Of a stretch of 38,557 nt of DNA, positions 16,129-25,425 are shown one piece after another. The notes below the pieces were generated by a model. The model ran no database searches and was not told the origin of the DNA. It worked only from the letters and a program-made list of their open reading frames with translations. Within the stretch, counting starts at the first letter, position 1; each line of letters starts with the position of its first letter. Source of the stretch: a virus (lineage: Duplodnaviria > Caudoviricetes); IMG/VR virus record IMGVR_UViG_3300011435_000030, positions 1 through 38,557 of that record. One strand, written 5' to 3'. A program made the translations under genes and the position numbers.

Positions 16129-16638
16129 TTACCTCGTCCTGATCTCGATCTGTCCGTCGATATTCACGGTGCCCGGTGTGAAGTTCGCGGCGTCCGAGCG
16201 ATAGATTTCCACTTGGGCAGAATTGGCATTGACGAACGCGAGCCCCATCGTCCGTGTCCCGGCATCAATCAGATACACCGGGTTGGTCGCCCGCGACTTC
16301 GACATGAACCCGCCAGGGATCGGAAACATCAGCGGCGAATTAGTCGCCCCCGCTACCGTCCCAGTCAGCGAAAATCCCAGATGCAGCGCGTCGCCGTGTT
16401 TCCACCAGTCGAACGTCAGCACTCCCGAGCTCGCCACCGTGAGCGTCCCGCCGCCGGTTGCCGTGAAGTAGGACGCGCCAAGGTCGGTGCCCCACTGCGC
16501 CTGCGTATACCGCGGGATCGCATGGGTGCCGTCCGAGCGGTGCTCGCGCGTCCACACATGATTGATGCGGGCGACCATCTCTTCCAGCCGCGTGACGACC
16601 GCGGCCAGCGAGTCCCCCACGATCGTGCCCAGCCTCAC
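16129..16638 (-). CDS. Tail-associated protein (N-terminal helix plus C-terminal fibre-tip-like beta domain)
   Basis: GTGA coupling to the hub gene; EHRSDGTH motif; WWKHGDALHLGF...FPIPGG beta pattern. Confidence 0.65.
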   Translation of the reverse strand: MRLGTIVGDSLAAVVTRLEEMVARINHVWTREHRSDGTHAIPRYTQAQWGTDLGASYFTATGGGTLTVASSGVLTFDWWKHGDALHLGFSLTGTVAGATNSPLMFPIPGGFMSKSRATNPVYLIDAGTRTMGLAFVNANSAQVEIYRSDAANFTPGTVNIDGQIEIRTR

Positions 16639-18608
16639 GACAGCGACTCCTGCGCCTTGAGCGGAACGGAGAGGGCGTCCAACTCCCAATACGTCACACC
16701 AGTGGTGTCGGCGTCACCCAAAGTGAACTGCACCGCCGCCAGTGACCCGAACCCGCTGTCTCCCATGCGCCGAATGACCCGCGTCTCCGTGCCGTCCGCT
16801 GTCAGTAAGGCCGTGGCGGTCTTCGTCTCCGCACCGAAGTCCCGGTCCACCGTCAACGTGATCGTGGTGGCCGTGGAGGCTTCGGCCATCAACATGGCAT
16901 CGTACGTGAGCACCCGCGAGCCCAGGCCAGCCGGGAAATACGGACGGCTCGTGATGTACGCGCGATACCCTAAATCCTCGTCAAGATTCGTCGTCGGGTC
17001 GTCGTGCTTGTACAGGAAACTGGTGGTGTGAAAGTAGAACGGCTTCAGCGTGAACTGTGGCGAGGCATCCTGCACCCAATCGCTGCCGCTCAATACGAGA
17101 TCGGGGAACATCACCCCGCACGCCAGCGAGTATGACCCGTACCTCGACCACCCGCCGGTTCTGGTGTGGTACACCAGAATATAGAGCGACCCCTTGTAAA
17201 ACCACACCTGATCGCTATGGCCGTGGAAGATCGCAAACGTGTTCGTGGGGCTGTCCCACAGGTCGTCAATCGGGCGGCTGATCAGCTCCAGCGTGTCTTG
17301 GGTCGAAAGGTGGTAGACCCCGCGCGTGTTCCCGAAGTAGAGCGCCGGAGCGCCCGCCGCATCCACGCCGGCCACGATGCTCTTGTCATACGCGCACCCG
17401 ATGACGTTCGACACCATGCGCGCAGAGTACGGGACCAGATCGTCACCGGTGGGCACCAGCCGCCAAATCTGGCGGCGCTTGAAGACGTAGATAACCCCGT
17501 TGATGATGGCGAGTGCCGTCACGGGGCCGCCGCCGTCGTTCTCCCCGATGTCGATCCAGTTCTTCTGCGCGGGGGTCGTGCCGACCGCCGAGGTGTTCGG
17601 GATCGATTCGTCATCGCCCACGTCCGACGATCCCAGGACGCGCGTGAACCACACCCGGTTGTTCTTCGGGGCCGTCTGGCCGGCAGACGCCGACGCCTCA
17701 TACGCGCCAGCCATGAGGATGCGGTTCCCGTCCGAGATGATGTACTTCGCGCTCGGCGGGGGGACGTTGATGCCGGCAATCGACGGGGCATCCCCCGTGT
17801 AGCTGGCCGGCGCCGTCGTGTCGTCAGTGGTGGCCGATGCGGCCACGACAGTGGCGATCAGCTTGTAGTTGCTATAGACGTCATCCGGCGAGGCATAGAT
17901 CAGCCAGTGCGTCTCTCGCTCACCGGGGAGTGCCGGCCGAGTGATTCTCGCCGCCGCGCCAGCCCCTGACGGCGTAAAGACGGTGGAGGCCGCGGACAGT
18001 TCGCTGCGGCGCACCGTCGTGCTGCCAGAGATTTCCGCCCACGCCAGCCTGTAATACCGAGCGGTGGCCGCATACGCGCCAGCGCCCGTATTCGCCACGG
18101 TCGGCGCCGCACTGGGCACCGGCAGGCCCACCCGGCGGATGTACGTGCCGTCCCACACATGGAGGCGGTTCACGCCGTTCCCGTAGTAGGTCAGAAAGCA
18201 CTTACTGTTCAGGGTCGCCCCGTTCAGTAATGGTGTCTCCCAGGCGTCCCCACTCGGAGCTGCCGGCGCGTCATCGGTGGTGGGCGTGACCCAGTTATAG
18301 ATCCCCGTCGAGGGGCGCAGCAGCCGGATCGAATGCGCGCCGATTGGGGGATAGTTGTAGGCAAGCAGCTCGGCCGCGCTTTCGCCGCCCACCCTGGGAA
18401 GATGCACCACCGCGGCGCGTGGATAGTCAGGGTCGGTGCCAGAGATGTCCACATGGGACGCCCCATACCGACGTCGGCACAGCCCGCCCGCATAGAAGTC
18501 CACATTGACGGCGGCCACGCACTCGTCGTCACGCAGATCGACGGGAGAATCGGCACTATTCATGCCGCGAATCCCCGTCCAGATGAGGCGGTCCTTCTCT
18601 AGCCTCAT
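16635..18608 (-). CDS. Tail hub / DNA-stabilisation protein (P22 gp10-like, beta-propeller)
   Basis: GMNSADSP..L...AVNVDF..GGLCRRRYG start; RVWFT, VIYVFK, IGC, LYF..RGVY propeller blades. Confidence 0.8.
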   Translation of the reverse strand: MRLEKDRLIWTGIRGMNSADSPVDLRDDECVAAVNVDFYAGGLCRRRYGASHVDISGTDPDYPRAAVVHLPRVGGESAAELLAYNYPPIGAHSIRLLRPSTGIYNWVTPTTDDAPAAPSGDAWETPLLNGATLNSKCFLTYYGNGVNRLHVWDGTYIRRVGLPVPSAAPTVANTGAGAYAATARYYRLAWAEISGSTTVRRSELSAASTVFTPSGAGAAARITRPALPGERETHWLIYASPDDVYSNYKLIATVVAASATTDDTTAPASYTGDAPSIAGINVPPPSAKYIISDGNRILMAGAYEASASAGQTAPKNNRVWFTRVLGSSDVGDDESIPNTSAVGTTPAQKNWIDIGENDGGGPVTALAIINGVIYVFKRRQIWRLVPTGDDLVPYSARMVSNVIGCAYDKSIVAGVDAAGAPALYFGNTRGVYHLSTQDTLELISRPIDDLWDSPTNTFAIFHGHSDQVWFYKGSLYILVYHTRTGGWSRYGSYSLACGVMFPDLVLSGSDWVQDASPQFTLKPFYFHTTSFLYKHDDPTTNLDEDLGYRAYITSRPYFPAGLGSRVLTYDAMLMAEASTATTITLTVDRDFGAETKTATALLTADGTETRVIRRMGDSGFGSLAAVQFTLGDADTTGVTYWELDALSVPLKAQESLS

Positions 18609-18874
18609 TAGCTGAGGTATTTGCAATACATGGTGTTGGCGTCGTCCAGTTCCCCACTAGTTGCTGCCCGCACCACGTCGAGGTCGTCAGCGACGAGCGT
18701 GTTGCTGTCCACCTTTAAGGGGTTGTCATCACGCAGGTCTTCCACGTAATGCACGAACAGAAACGTCAGATCGCCAAAGACGACGGGGATCGTAACTTCC
18801 GTTGCCCAGGTGTCATCGGCCCATGAGTCATCAACCCAAGACCCAGTCGCCCAGAGGGGAGGCGCGAGAATCAT
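18608..18874 (-). CDS. Small virion protein with Trp pentad repeat; paralog of 22332-22514
   Basis: WATGS-WVDDS-WADDT-WATEV; C-terminal DLDVVRAA...DDANTMY. Confidence 0.7.
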   Translation of the reverse strand: MILAPPLWATGSWVDDSWADDTWATEVTIPVVFGDLTFLFVHYVEDLRDDNPLKVDSNTLVADDLDVVRAATSGELDDANTMYCKYLS

Positions 18875-19737
18875 ACCGGCCCCCACGGGGTGGCCGATCC
18901 GTCGCCGGTCAGGATCACGTCGTTGATTTCCTGCACGTTGGCATCAATCGGCGCCGCCGCGGCCGCCGCCAACACCGCCGCCGCTATTTCGGTCCCGAAG
19001 TCGGCTGCGGTCGCTGCCGCCGTGATGACGTTCGCGGCCAGCGCATTGACGGTGCCGACCGTGCCCGTGACGTTGCCGCCGACGTTCCCCGTGACGGACC
19101 CAACAGCTCCCGTGACGCTCCCCACGCTGCCCGAGATGTTGCCGGTGATGTTCCCGACAATGTCCATCGTCTGGTTCGGCAGGTTGATGTTCGTGAGTCC
19201 TGCGCCAGCTACGCCGATCTCCGTGGTATCCACGAGGATGCTGTCCACGTTGGTGTCGATGGTGTCGATCTTCCCGTCCAGCGTAGTCCCAGTGTCTACA
19301 AGGATGGCCGCCGTGTCGGTCTTGATCGCCGCGATGTCCGCACTAAACGTGGCGCCGACAGGCGTGCCTAGGCGCGACTCGAGGTCGTCCACGAAGTTGT
19401 CGATGGCGAGAATGTCCGCACTCACCGACGCGCCCGCTGGGGCGCCCAGTCGCGTGAAGGCATCACCGGCAATGGTGTAGACCTGCACCGTCGCCGGGAT
19501 CGCTCCGGTTCCGGTGAAGGTAAACGCGAGCAGGTCGCCGTTCGTCTCGGCCTGCGCGGGGGCATAGGTGTGATAGCCGTTACCCTCGTGCGTGCAGGCG
19601 CCGGACCCCACAGACCCCGTGGCCTGTACGCCGGCATCCACCGTGACGGACACCGTGACGGCGCTGGTAAACGCGCTCCCGTCAGTCGCGCTCACCATCT
19701 GAGCGCCCACCTTCTGGCTGGCGGTATTCTTAATCAC
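18871..19737 (-). CDS. Tail fibre/spike-like protein
   Basis: GSVGSVTGAVGSVTGNVGGNVTG repeats, coiled-coil IDTIDTNVDSIL, C-terminal GDGSATPWGP. Confidence 0.7.
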   Translation of the reverse strand: MIKNTASQKVGAQMVSATDGSAFTSAVTVSVTVDAGVQATGSVGSGACTHEGNGYHTYAPAQAETNGDLLAFTFTGTGAIPATVQVYTIAGDAFTRLGAPAGASVSADILAIDNFVDDLESRLGTPVGATFSADIAAIKTDTAAILVDTGTTLDGKIDTIDTNVDSILVDTTEIGVAGAGLTNINLPNQTMDIVGNITGNISGSVGSVTGAVGSVTGNVGGNVTGTVGTVNALAANVITAAATAADFGTEIAAAVLAAAAAAPIDANVQEINDVILTGDGSATPWGPV

Positions 19738-19853
19738 GGCACGATCCTTCCCGGCATGAGCACGACGTTAGAGCCGCGCGCCCAGGCGGCGACGAACGTC
19801 ACGGGCGTGCCGCCGCCCGCAAAACCCATGTTCATCAGGAGCATCAAGGTCAT
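19734..19853 (-). CDS. 39-aa peptide in tail module (not in ORF track)
   Basis: MTLMLLMNMGFAGGGTPVTFVAAWARGSNVVLMPGRIVP fills the gap between flanking genes; GTGA coupling. Confidence 0.65.
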   Translation of the reverse strand: MTLMLLMNMGFAGGGTPVTFVAAWARGSNVVLMPGRIVP

Positions 19854-19857
19854 GGCG

Positions 19858-21135
19858 TCACTTGTACCACGCGACCAAGCTCACGCCAGTTGCCGGGGCC
19901 GTGTTGCCGCCAGCCGTCGTCGTCGCGGCAACAGACCATCCCGCATTGCTGAAGGTAATCCCATACGGCAGGGCGAGGTTCGCCGCGCTCGTGGCCGGGA
20001 TCTGAATCGTGAACAGTGGATTCGTGGTCCCCACCGTGACCGACGCAGCCGCCGTGTTGTAGAAATGCACGAACGTGACGGCAGACTCCGGGTTGTAGGC
20101 GTAATAGCCGTACAGCACACCAGCGGACGCCTTGACGACCTGCGCGGTCGCCACGAGGATGCTGGACCCATCGGACCCCGACGCCATAAACGTGGTGCAT
20201 CCGCCGTTGGCGCTCGGTGTCAGCGTGCCCCAGACCGCGCCCACTTCGTTCGTCGCAAACGGCTCGTAGTCCGCATCGGTCGGGCCTGCACTCCGCTCTG
20301 ACGGCGCGGCTGACCGCACGCCGAGGGCCATCACGCCAACATCGCCCGACGTATGTTGGGCGTCTTCCGCCTTGCCAAGATTCGTCGCGCCCGTCCCGGC
20401 GATGACCGAGGTCACATCGACATCGCCAATGTCCACGCCGCTGTTCGCCGCCAACTTGCCGATGGCGTTCGTGCCCGCCGGAAGCGCCCCGACCACGTCC
20501 ACCTGAAGTTCGGTGTCAATCGCCGCGGCCAACTCGGTGAGCGCCGCGTGTGACACTGGCTGCGTGACACCCGAGCCGTCTACGGTAAACGTGCCTGAGC
20601 CAGTCGCCTGCACCGCCAGCCGACCGCCTGTCACCTGAAGGAACTCGTAGTCACCGTCCGTGCCGCTTTGTGCCGCAGGCGTGTCGGTGCGACGAGCCAT
20701 CACGACAATACCGGGGTCAGCCTCGGCGCTCGCCACATCCTCAGCCTTGACCGTCGTCGCTAGTGTCGCAAGATCGCTATTGGTCACGGCCACCGTGCCG
20801 TCAACCGTCAGGGAGCCAGCGCCATCGCTGACAGGGATCACCGTGCCGCTGGCGACCCCCTCGACCAGAAGCGCCCTGCGGGAACTGATCCGCACCGGAG
20901 CAAACTGGTTCTCAGTGACGGTGCCGGTGGCTGCATCATCGAACTGCCCGACCACGCCAACCGCTTGCACGCCGGTTGCAGTCGTGTCGAGGCCGTTGAC
21001 GACCGGGACGGCATCTACGGCCGTGCCATCAGCGCCAATACTCAGCTTCACCCGCTGGTGCTTGATCCCGCCGATGTCATCGGAGGCAATGGTGTCGCCG
21101 CCGGTCCCGGCGTTCAGCTCTGTGTTGTCTGCCAC
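19858..21135 (-). CDS. Tail fibre-like protein
   Basis: MADN..GTGG..IASDDIGG..HQRVKL N-terminus; internal KAED repeats; ALPAGTNAIGKL; C-terminal VVKASAGVLYG..N domain. Confidence 0.75.
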   Translation of the reverse strand: MADNTELNAGTGGDTIASDDIGGIKHQRVKLSIGADGTAVDAVPVVNGLDTTATGVQAVGVVGQFDDAATGTVTENQFAPVRISSRRALLVEGVASGTVIPVSDGAGSLTVDGTVAVTNSDLATLATTVKAEDVASAEADPGIVVMARRTDTPAAQSGTDGDYEFLQVTGGRLAVQATGSGTFTVDGSGVTQPVSHAALTELAAAIDTELQVDVVGALPAGTNAIGKLAANSGVDIGDVDVTSVIAGTGATNLGKAEDAQHTSGDVGVMALGVRSAAPSERSAGPTDADYEPFATNEVGAVWGTLTPSANGGCTTFMASGSDGSSILVATAQVVKASAGVLYGYYAYNPESAVTFVHFYNTAAASVTVGTTNPLFTIQIPATSAANLALPYGITFSNAGWSVAATTTAGGNTAPATGVSLVAWYK

Positions 21136-21921
21136 TTATCCAACTCCCAAGGCCGCAAGCGTTTTCACCGTTGGCCCGCCGCCACCGCCGGCCCCTTTGA
21201 AACTCGCCAGCGCCGCGAACCAGACACGAGACGCACCTAACGCCCAGTCCGCCTGATCACTTGTCGTCGCGGCCACGATCTTGTATTGGCTGCTATAGGT
21301 CTGGCCGAGGTCGTTGTCCTCGTTCTCGCCAATTTGCGTATAGCCGCCAGCACCGTCAACCGCCCATGTCGTATCCCCTCCGGTGTGACTGGCGATGGCA
21401 ATAATGACTTCCTCCGCTTGCGCCAGCGTGCCGCTCGCCACGTTCGGAGCCGCGGATGTGCCAGTGTTGTTTGTGGCGACGTCGTTGGGTGTCGCGCTCA
21501 TCCCGCTGAACTCAACGATGTCGGCCTCAATGTCAGCACTACCGGCCCCGGTTTCAGTCCACGTCAGTGTGTGCGCGTTCGTGTTCGCGGCGATTTTCCA
21601 TCGGATGATGACGTGGGAATCCGCATCGCCGGTCGCCGTCGAGATATTCGCCCACCCACCCCCTTGGTTGTCGCTCAGCGTCAACTCGGCAATGGTTGTC
21701 GAGAACGTTGCCTCCACGCTCACAAGCAGATTGCCGGCCGCGGCTGGCGTATGGCTGACCGTCGTCGTGCCGGAAAAGTTGACGCGCGTCTTTTTTGTCG
21801 GCGCGGCGACCAGTGCTATCGCCATCTCGGGTGTGTCCTCAGAGACAATATGAAGATTTGTCGGCGCCGGCACCTGCCATGACAGCAGGCCCAACGCCAC
21901 GATCAGCGCCGCACGCATCAC
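21136..21921 (-). CDS. Beta-sandwich virion/adhesin-like protein with N-terminal signal-like segment
   Basis: MMRAALIVALGLLSW signal; two repeated beta domains (AGNLLV..; EEVIIA..); C-terminal GGGGG-PTVKTLAALGVG. Confidence 0.7.
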   Translation of the reverse strand: MMRAALIVALGLLSWQVPAPTNLHIVSEDTPEMAIALVAAPTKKTRVNFSGTTTVSHTPAAAGNLLVSVEATFSTTIAELTLSDNQGGGWANISTATGDADSHVIIRWKIAANTNAHTLTWTETGAGSADIEADIVEFSGMSATPNDVATNNTGTSAAPNVASGTLAQAEEVIIAIASHTGGDTTWAVDGAGGYTQIGENEDNDLGQTYSSQYKIVAATTSDQADWALGASRVWFAALASFKGAGGGGGPTVKTLAALGVG

Positions 21922-22316
21922 AAACGGACAACCCGAAGGTTAGCCGGTGCAACGGGCACGATCACGAATTGCACCTGAAGTGGCGCTGACTTGACCGACT
22001 CCAATACGGTCGTCCCCATCGTGCGAATCGCCACTAACTCGATCGTGTGCGTGCCGGGGGTCATGGCTGGAAACGGGGCCACGCAGTCATAGCTCCCGGC
22101 GGCGCTGGCGGGCGCGCAGATAGCCCCAGTCAATGGCTGACGGGTGCCATCCACGAAGACCGCGTAAGTGAGCTCTGCGAGCTCGCTCGCGCTCGCCTGT
22201 TGTGTCCACCCGAGCCGATCGCTCGACACAGCCGGGGATTGTGCAGACAGCGGCATGGCGATCCCGCCAACCATCAGACAGATACCGAGCAAAATCCGCA
22301 TGTTGAGCAGCATCAC
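21918..22316 (-). CDS. Secreted FN3/Ig-like protein
   Basis: Signal MRILLGICLMVGGIAMPLSA; YAVFVDG, paired Cys, PGTHTIELVA, ES.KS.P, PVAPANLRV. Confidence 0.75.
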   Translation of the reverse strand: MMLLNMRILLGICLMVGGIAMPLSAQSPAVSSDRLGWTQQASASELAELTYAVFVDGTRQPLTGAICAPASAAGSYDCVAPFPAMTPGTHTIELVAIRTMGTTVLESVKSAPLQVQFVIVPVAPANLRVVRL

Positions 22317-22331
22317 CAGTCATACTCCTTT

Positions 22332-22514
22332 TTACCCGTCCAAGTGAATCCGATATAGGGTGTTCGCGTCGTCCACTTCGATGTCGAGCGGATGCGCCGC
22401 TCGCACGGTTGCCAAGTCCTGCGCGATCACCGTCGTGGTGTCTTTCTCTGGCGTCAACACCGCCGCTCGCAGTGTCGCGATGTACGCCTGAAACGCCAGG
22501 TTCAGATCCGCCAT
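22332..22514 (-). CDS. Small helical protein, paralog of 18608-18874
   Basis: TAATG coupling; DLATVRAA...DDANTLY. Confidence 0.7.
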   Translation of the reverse strand: MADLNLAFQAYIATLRAAVLTPEKDTTTVIAQDLATVRAAHPLDIEVDDANTLYRIHLDG

Positions 22515-22870
22515 TACGCCGCACCGATCCAGCGATATTCCCAATCCCCGCTCGGCCGGCGCTTCGACGCCATATAGATTTGCCCGCCGTGAACAATCGA
22601 TGGCCTGCGGGTATGGCTGGGAATCTGCACCCGCGCAATCTCGTGCTTGTGGTCCCCGCACATCAGGTGCAGCATCAGCGTGGGCTTGGGCGCCGACTTG
22701 GGCGCTGCCTGCGGCGCAAGCGGCGCGTCTGGCGGCCCGTCCTTGACCGTCTGGACATGCGCGTCAGGTTCCAACCGACGCCACAACGGGAACGCCGCCA
22801 CGCACACCAGCGACACCCACGACGCGATGAGCAGGCCCGCCAGCACAATGTCCCAGGTGTGATGTGTCAT
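22514..22870 (-). CDS. Membrane-anchored hypothetical protein
   Basis: ATGA coupling; N-terminal TM IVLAGLLIASWVSLVCVAAFPLW. Confidence 0.65.
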   Translation of the reverse strand: MTHHTWDIVLAGLLIASWVSLVCVAAFPLWRRLEPDAHVQTVKDGPPDAPLAPQAAPKSAPKPTLMLHLMCGDHKHEIARVQIPSHTRRPSIVHGGQIYMASKRRPSGDWEYRWIGAA

Positions 22871-23838
22871 CGCCACGACTCCGCTGGATACTGCCCGCCC
22901 AGCCGTGAACGTCCCGTCCGGCTCACGCCCACCACCGGCAGTTCATCACCGCTCCACCGCTCGTACTTCAGCCGCGACAGACCGCGCATATACGCCTGCT
23001 GCGCCAGCGCGTAGCGTTCGTCGTCCGTCTTCTGGTATTCCTTCATCAGCGCGTAGTCCACGAGCATGGAATGGAAGTCCGTGGGCAGCATCGGCTCGTC
23101 CGCGTCGTTCACGAGGTCCGTCAGTTCCCGGCGGTAGTCCACGTAATACGTCACCGCGCCCGCAGGAGTCGGCCAGAGGTAGAAGGCGTAGTAGCGTGGC
23201 CGCAACGCCCCGATGGTGATGCTCGCCAACTCAGTGCCGCCGCTGGCATCCTCATGCAGCGTCACCGTGCCCACCGCCGCGGCTGAGATGTAGAAGTCCT
23301 CGATGGTCACGAACGTGCTGATGGCCGCCGAGACATTGACCGCCGTGGTCCCCGTCATCGTCACCGATACCGTGCGCCGATAGCCGCCAGTGGTCAGACC
23401 CTCGATGTAGGCTGTCCCGGTATCGCTGGCGCTGGTGCTGTCCACGAAGATGCTGGAGGCGTCCGATGGCTGCGTGGCGATGGCGACCCGGCCGATCGGC
23501 ACGTAGTGCGACGGCGTGCCGGTGTTCGACGCCGCGTCAGGTTCTACCCGACGATAGCGGTCCATCGACATCACCTCCAACGCGAGGTCATTCGTCCGTT
23601 CCGAGATCCGCAGCACCCGCGCCACCGCTTCCGGCAGGACATACCGCGCCGTGCTCGCCACCGAGGCGAAGCTATACGGCACGTCCGAATCCGCCAGCCG
23701 CGCCAGCCCAGGCTCCCGCAGCGTCACCCGCAGCCCCTCGTTCACGTACCGCTTGATACGTGTCACGACGCCGGCCGGGGGCGAACTGTTGGCGTTCGTG
23801 TCCGCGTAGACGGCGGCCAGAATCTCGGCAAACGTCAA
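22867..23838 (-). CDS. Head-tail adaptor protein
   Basis: TTG start MTFAEIL..V; IKRYVNEG, YVLP, GTPSHY, LWPTP, DEPMLPTDFHSMLVDYAL motifs typical of podovirus adaptors. Confidence 0.8.
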   Translation of the reverse strand: MTFAEILAAVYADTNANSSPPAGVVTRIKRYVNEGLRVTLREPGLARLADSDVPYSFASVASTARYVLPEAVARVLRISERTNDLALEVMSMDRYRRVEPDAASNTGTPSHYVPIGRVAIATQPSDASSIFVDSTSASDTGTAYIEGLTTGGYRRTVSVTMTGTTAVNVSAAISTFVTIEDFYISAAAVGTVTLHEDASGGTELASITIGALRPRYYAFYLWPTPAGAVTYYVDYRRELTDLVNDADEPMLPTDFHSMLVDYALMKEYQKTDDERYALAQQAYMRGLSRLKYERWSGDELPVVGVSRTGRSRLGGQYPAESWR

Positions 23839-23839
23839 C

Positions 23840-24403
23840 TCAGGACTCCATCCCGACCAGCGTGGCGGCCATGTGGTCGTTGACCGCAGCGGCATACCGC
23901 TTGTGAGCGGGCATATCGTGGTGGACGATCTGGTAGAGCACGACGTGGACCGGCGGAATCTGCGCCTTCTCCTCGCGCGCCACGGGGAACTCCACGAACA
24001 ACTTCGTGATCTTCCCGGTCGGTGTCTTCTCCGCACGCACCGTCACCGTCATGTCCGAGAGATCCTTGCGAAGCACACGGTAGATGCCAGGCGTGAGTTG
24101 CGCGAACAGTTCCAGTTCCCGGTCGTGATGCGTCTCGATGGCCTTGTGGACCGGGAAGTTGTTGTAGTACACCTCGTGGCCCAGATTGATGAATGGGCCA
24201 CCATTGGGGTGGAACGCACTGACGTTCGGGTGCTCGTCGTTCTCCGGCTTGAGCGCCTTCTTCATCGACTGCGCCTGCCCGCTGAGCAGTTCCGCGAGGT
24301 CGTCCTTGGTCAGCCCAGAGGGCTGCTTGTTCTGCGCCAAGACTTCCAGCAGCATCTGGAACTTGTCGTCGATGCTCAGCACTTTCTCTTCCTTGTTCGC
24401 CAT
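23840..24403 (-). CDS. Hypothetical head-module protein
   Basis: 187 aa, GGAGG RBS. Confidence 0.75.
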   Translation of the reverse strand: MANKEEKVLSIDDKFQMLLEVLAQNKQPSGLTKDDLAELLSGQAQSMKKALKPENDEHPNVSAFHPNGGPFINLGHEVYYNNFPVHKAIETHHDRELELFAQLTPGIYRVLRKDLSDMTVTVRAEKTPTGKITKLFVEFPVAREEKAQIPPVHVVLYQIVHHDMPAHKRYAAAVNDHMAATLVGMES

Positions 24404-24619
24404 TTACGCGGTCCTCCGTTCGACCGCCAGCAGATTCGTGCCCGAGACAATCAGGTTCTCGTCGGCGCCATAGGCCGTGGCCACCGCGATCTTTTCCGTG
24501 TTGCCCCAAGTGGTGTTGGCCGGCGGGGCCGCGCCCTCGATGGTGCGCTCCACGCCCATCGCGCTCGCCACCGCGACGTTATCCACGCAATGCGTCCGTG
24601 CCTTGACGGTTCGTGCCAT
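24404..24619 (-). CDS. Small head-module protein
   Basis: MARTVKART..., GGAGAGGG RBS. Confidence 0.7.
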   Translation of the reverse strand: MARTVKARTHCVDNVAVASAMGVERTIEGAAPPANTTWGNTEKIAVATAYGADENLIVSGTNLLAVERRTA

Positions 24620-24631
24620 GTCCCTCTCCAG

Positions 24632-24667
24632 AAAACTCGGGGGCGCAGCCCAGCGCCACGCCCCCGA
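24632..24667 (-). terminator. Intrinsic terminator after capsid/decoration genes
   Basis: TCGGGGGCG/CGCCCCCGA stem followed by GTTTT on - strand. Confidence 0.65.
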
Positions 24668-24672
24668 CCGAA

Positions 24673-25410
24673 CTACGGGTTGATGCGAACGTCCACGAAG
24701 TTGGCCTCTCCGGTGACGCCAACCTGTGCCATGTGACCGATGACCTGACCGACGATCAGGTTGCCTGCCGCCACGACGACCTGTGCGGCTCCGGCGACCG
24801 TGCCGGGGCCGAGGACCATCGCGCCGAGTGCCGGCGTGCCAGTCGTGAGCACCGAGCACGTACCCCAGGTCAGAATCCAGCCGAACTCGTTCGCCGCGAT
24901 GACGTAGGTGGCGACACCCACGATCGTTCCAGTCGCGGTCGTAACCGGCAACTGAATGACGCCCTTGTACTTGTTCTGGATCAGCCCGAGACGCGAGCTG
25001 GTGGTCAGCGCCACCTGAATCGGGTCTTTCAGATTCAGCGTGAACGCCGTCGCGGACCCGAACGCCGCGTGGCTGTCGATGGCGTAGGTGTAACCCAGGC
25101 CAGGAGTGACACTCACCTGAAGGAAGCCGCCGTCGTACTGACCCACCGTGCCAGCCGTGGCGCCGGGAGTGCAGGTGAACGACGTCGCCCCAACCGCGAC
25201 CGCTGGCGCGGTCAGCGCCAGGTGGTTGGGAACGATGGCCGGCCCCTGGATGACGTCACCAGCCACGAGGGCCGACGCGCCAGCCTTGACGTAGCGGAAC
25301 ACCCGTCCGCTTTCGTCCATCGCCCTGGTCCCCAGCTTGTGCGCCTGGGTGGCAGACGAGATGAGGTCCGCTTGGCCGATGCCGATGGTTGATGCAACAA
25401 ACTTCGCCAT
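24673..25410 (-). CDS. Capsid decoration/cement protein
   Basis: Follows MCP; LGTR...GRVFRYVKAG and I.A..FGWI.T.G motifs. Confidence 0.75.
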   Translation of the reverse strand: MAKFVASTIGIGQADLISSATQAHKLGTRAMDESGRVFRYVKAGASALVAGDVIQGPAIVPNHLALTAPAVAVGATSFTCTPGATAGTVGQYDGGFLQVSVTPGLGYTYAIDSHAAFGSATAFTLNLKDPIQVALTTSSRLGLIQNKYKGVIQLPVTTATGTIVGVATYVIAANEFGWILTWGTCSVLTTGTPALGAMVLGPGTVAGAAQVVVAAGNLIVGQVIGHMAQVGVTGEANFVDVRINP

Positions 25411-25425
25411 GTGCGTTCCTCCTTT

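Noticed and set aside
23839-24036. Track start of the adaptor ORF at 24036 (and similar upstream extensions for portal, scaffold and hub)
   Set aside because: Extensions overlap upstream genes; coupled downstream starts with RBS fit better
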